Positions 62,401-64,000 of a DNA stretch of 64,000 nt are shown piece by piece. A program made the position numbers and the translations under genes. A model generated the notes under the pieces. It saw only the letters and a list, made by a program, of their open reading frames with translations, was not told the origin of the DNA and did no database searches. This DNA comes from Chiloscyllium plagiosum (Eukaryota): the NCBI RefSeq assembly GCF_004010195.1, contig NC_057754.1, forward strand, positions 11,044,911 through 11,108,910, written 5' to 3'. Within the stretch, counting starts at the first letter, position 1, and each line of letters opens with the position of its first letter.

Positions 62401-62671
62401 ATACCTACACAATATTAAAGCAGTTCAGATCTATACAGTTTTTGCATACACAGAAGAAAACAAACATTGGGGTTTGACGTCTTGTTAGTTACAACTAATC
62501 TAAATGCATTTCTGAATTATGCTGGATACTGGGACTTTTTACATGATTGAGGGAGAAAGTGAGGACTGCAGATGCTGGGGATCTTCAGGAAGGGCTTATG
62601 CCCGAAACGTCAATTCTCCTTCTCCTTTGATGCTGCCTGACCTGCTGCGCTTTTCCAGCAACACAGTTTTA

Positions 62672-62875
62672 TGATTCGGAGGGAACTGACTCCAGAGCAC
62701 AGAACCCTGTGTCACAGAGCTGCTTGGGACGAACCCTGACAAAAACCATTACATCTCTCTCCAGATTTGCTTTGCGATGGCACATCTCCAGGAGATGTGT
62801 CACAGTCTCATTCTCCCTGTAGTCAGTTCGAGGGCAGCGTGTTTTTACATGGCCCACTGACACATAATGACTCTT
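62672..62875 (-). mobile_element. L1/Tx1-like ORF2 C-terminal fragment
   Basis: RCPRTDYRENETVTHLLEMC, resembling a CCHC-type 'ETxxHLxxxC' motif. Confidence 0.55.
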
Positions 62876-63009
62876 CGATAAACCCTGAAAACCACAGCCA
62901 GATATAACAGTGACTGTATTTCCTTTTTGTAAAGCAATCCACCAAGCAGAGGGACCACAGCTGCAGCTGTAAGTCTGTCGGGTTGTTCATTTCCCAACAA
63001 GCATCATTT

Positions 63010-63930
63010 GATGTGTTAAGTGAAATTTACCATTATAACTATCTACCCTCTACACTTATAGTAATCTAAAATACCATACTTATATTTACCAAAATTAAAA
63101 CCATGAAACAATCCTAAAATCTCAAATATTAAAACCTTAAACATCAAGTATAAAACGAAACTTCAAATCTAAGACCCATCTAAAACTATTTACCAAGAGC
63201 AATTAGAAAGCCATTTAAAATTCTTAAAAATCTGTAAATATTAGAAGCTGTCCTCGAGTCAATGACATTGTCAAGGTAGAGGTTTCCTGGGCAAATACGT
63301 TAAATTTCTTCAAATCCCAAATCAGTTTATTATTCGTATCAGTCCATTTGCCCCTTGTTCCCAGAACAAAACTAAGAAAGGAAAATCGCTCACTCTTAGT
63401 TAATTCTTTAACCTGGTCCTGAAGATGTTTATATTTGCTTGATTTTTCATCCCAAATTTTCTCCAAAGAATCATTTTCAAAATGTAAAAGGACACCTACT
63501 ACTATGATTTCTTGTTCTTTTTGAAATATCAGATCCGGTATGATTAGATTCAATTAGATTAGATTTCCTATGGTATGGAAACAGGCCCTTCAGCTCAACC
63601 AGTCCACATCGATCCTCTGAAAAGTAATCTACCCAGACCCAATCCCCTTTGACTAATGCACCTAACACTACGGGCAATTTAGCATGGACAATTCACCTGA
63701 ACTGCACATCTTTGGACTGTGGGAGGAAACTGGAGCACTCGGAGGAAACCCACGCAGACACGGGGAGAATGTGCAAACTCCACATAGTCAGTCGCCTGAG
63801 GCAGGAATTGAACCCAGGTCTCTGGAGCAGTGTTAACCACTGTGCCAACGTGCCGCCCACTATTTGTATCATTTCTGAGATGTATTAGCTGACCGTGGAT
63901 CCAGTAAAACCCATACATCTGACCATAAAA
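63010..63930 (-). mobile_element. R2-type non-LTR retrotransposon 3' fragment (restriction-like endonuclease), split by a V-SINE
   Basis: HLRNDTN-[SINE]-IIPDLIFQKEQEIIVVGV..FENDSLEKIWDEKSSKYKHL..SFVLGTRGKWTDTN, followed by an AT-rich 3' UTR. Confidence 0.72.
63543..63858 (-). mobile_element. HE1/V-SINE
   Basis: Head, V-domain and TCTAA tail on the minus strand. Confidence 0.9.
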
Positions 63931-64000
63931 CAAGCTAAAAACCAAATATCATGAAACCAGTTAAAACCACAGTATAAGACACGAGTTAAAACCAGAATCT

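Overview
Vertebrate, repeat-rich genomic DNA, most likely from an elasmobranch. This is inferred from HE1/V-SINE copies with (TCTAA)n tails, shark-type CR1 LINEs and KRAB-less C2H2 arrays. Most of the window is decayed CR1 LINE, V-SINE, Penelope-like (PLE) and L2-clade fragments, with an assembly gap at 45886-46675. The host content is a C2H2 zinc-finger gene cluster: two intact minus-strand paralogs (8 and 11 fingers) in a duplicated ~3 kb block, at least five ZNF pseudogene remnants and two paralogous CpG-rich promoters. It is interleaved with six decayed tRNA genes (Thr, Arg, 3x Glu, Asp) and the probable first coding exon of a GPR139-like GPCR at the left edge. The most notable element is a 5'-truncated endogenous retrovirus (RNase H-integrase-env-PPT-3'LTR, ~52.2-58.6 kb) whose env has an F-protein-like (lokiretrovirus-like) architecture. 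PLE termini carry minimal hammerhead-ribozyme motifs, one with an intact core, and an R2-type restriction-like endonuclease fragment lies at the right end. All family assignments are by eye and need HMM/BLAST/Infernal confirmation.
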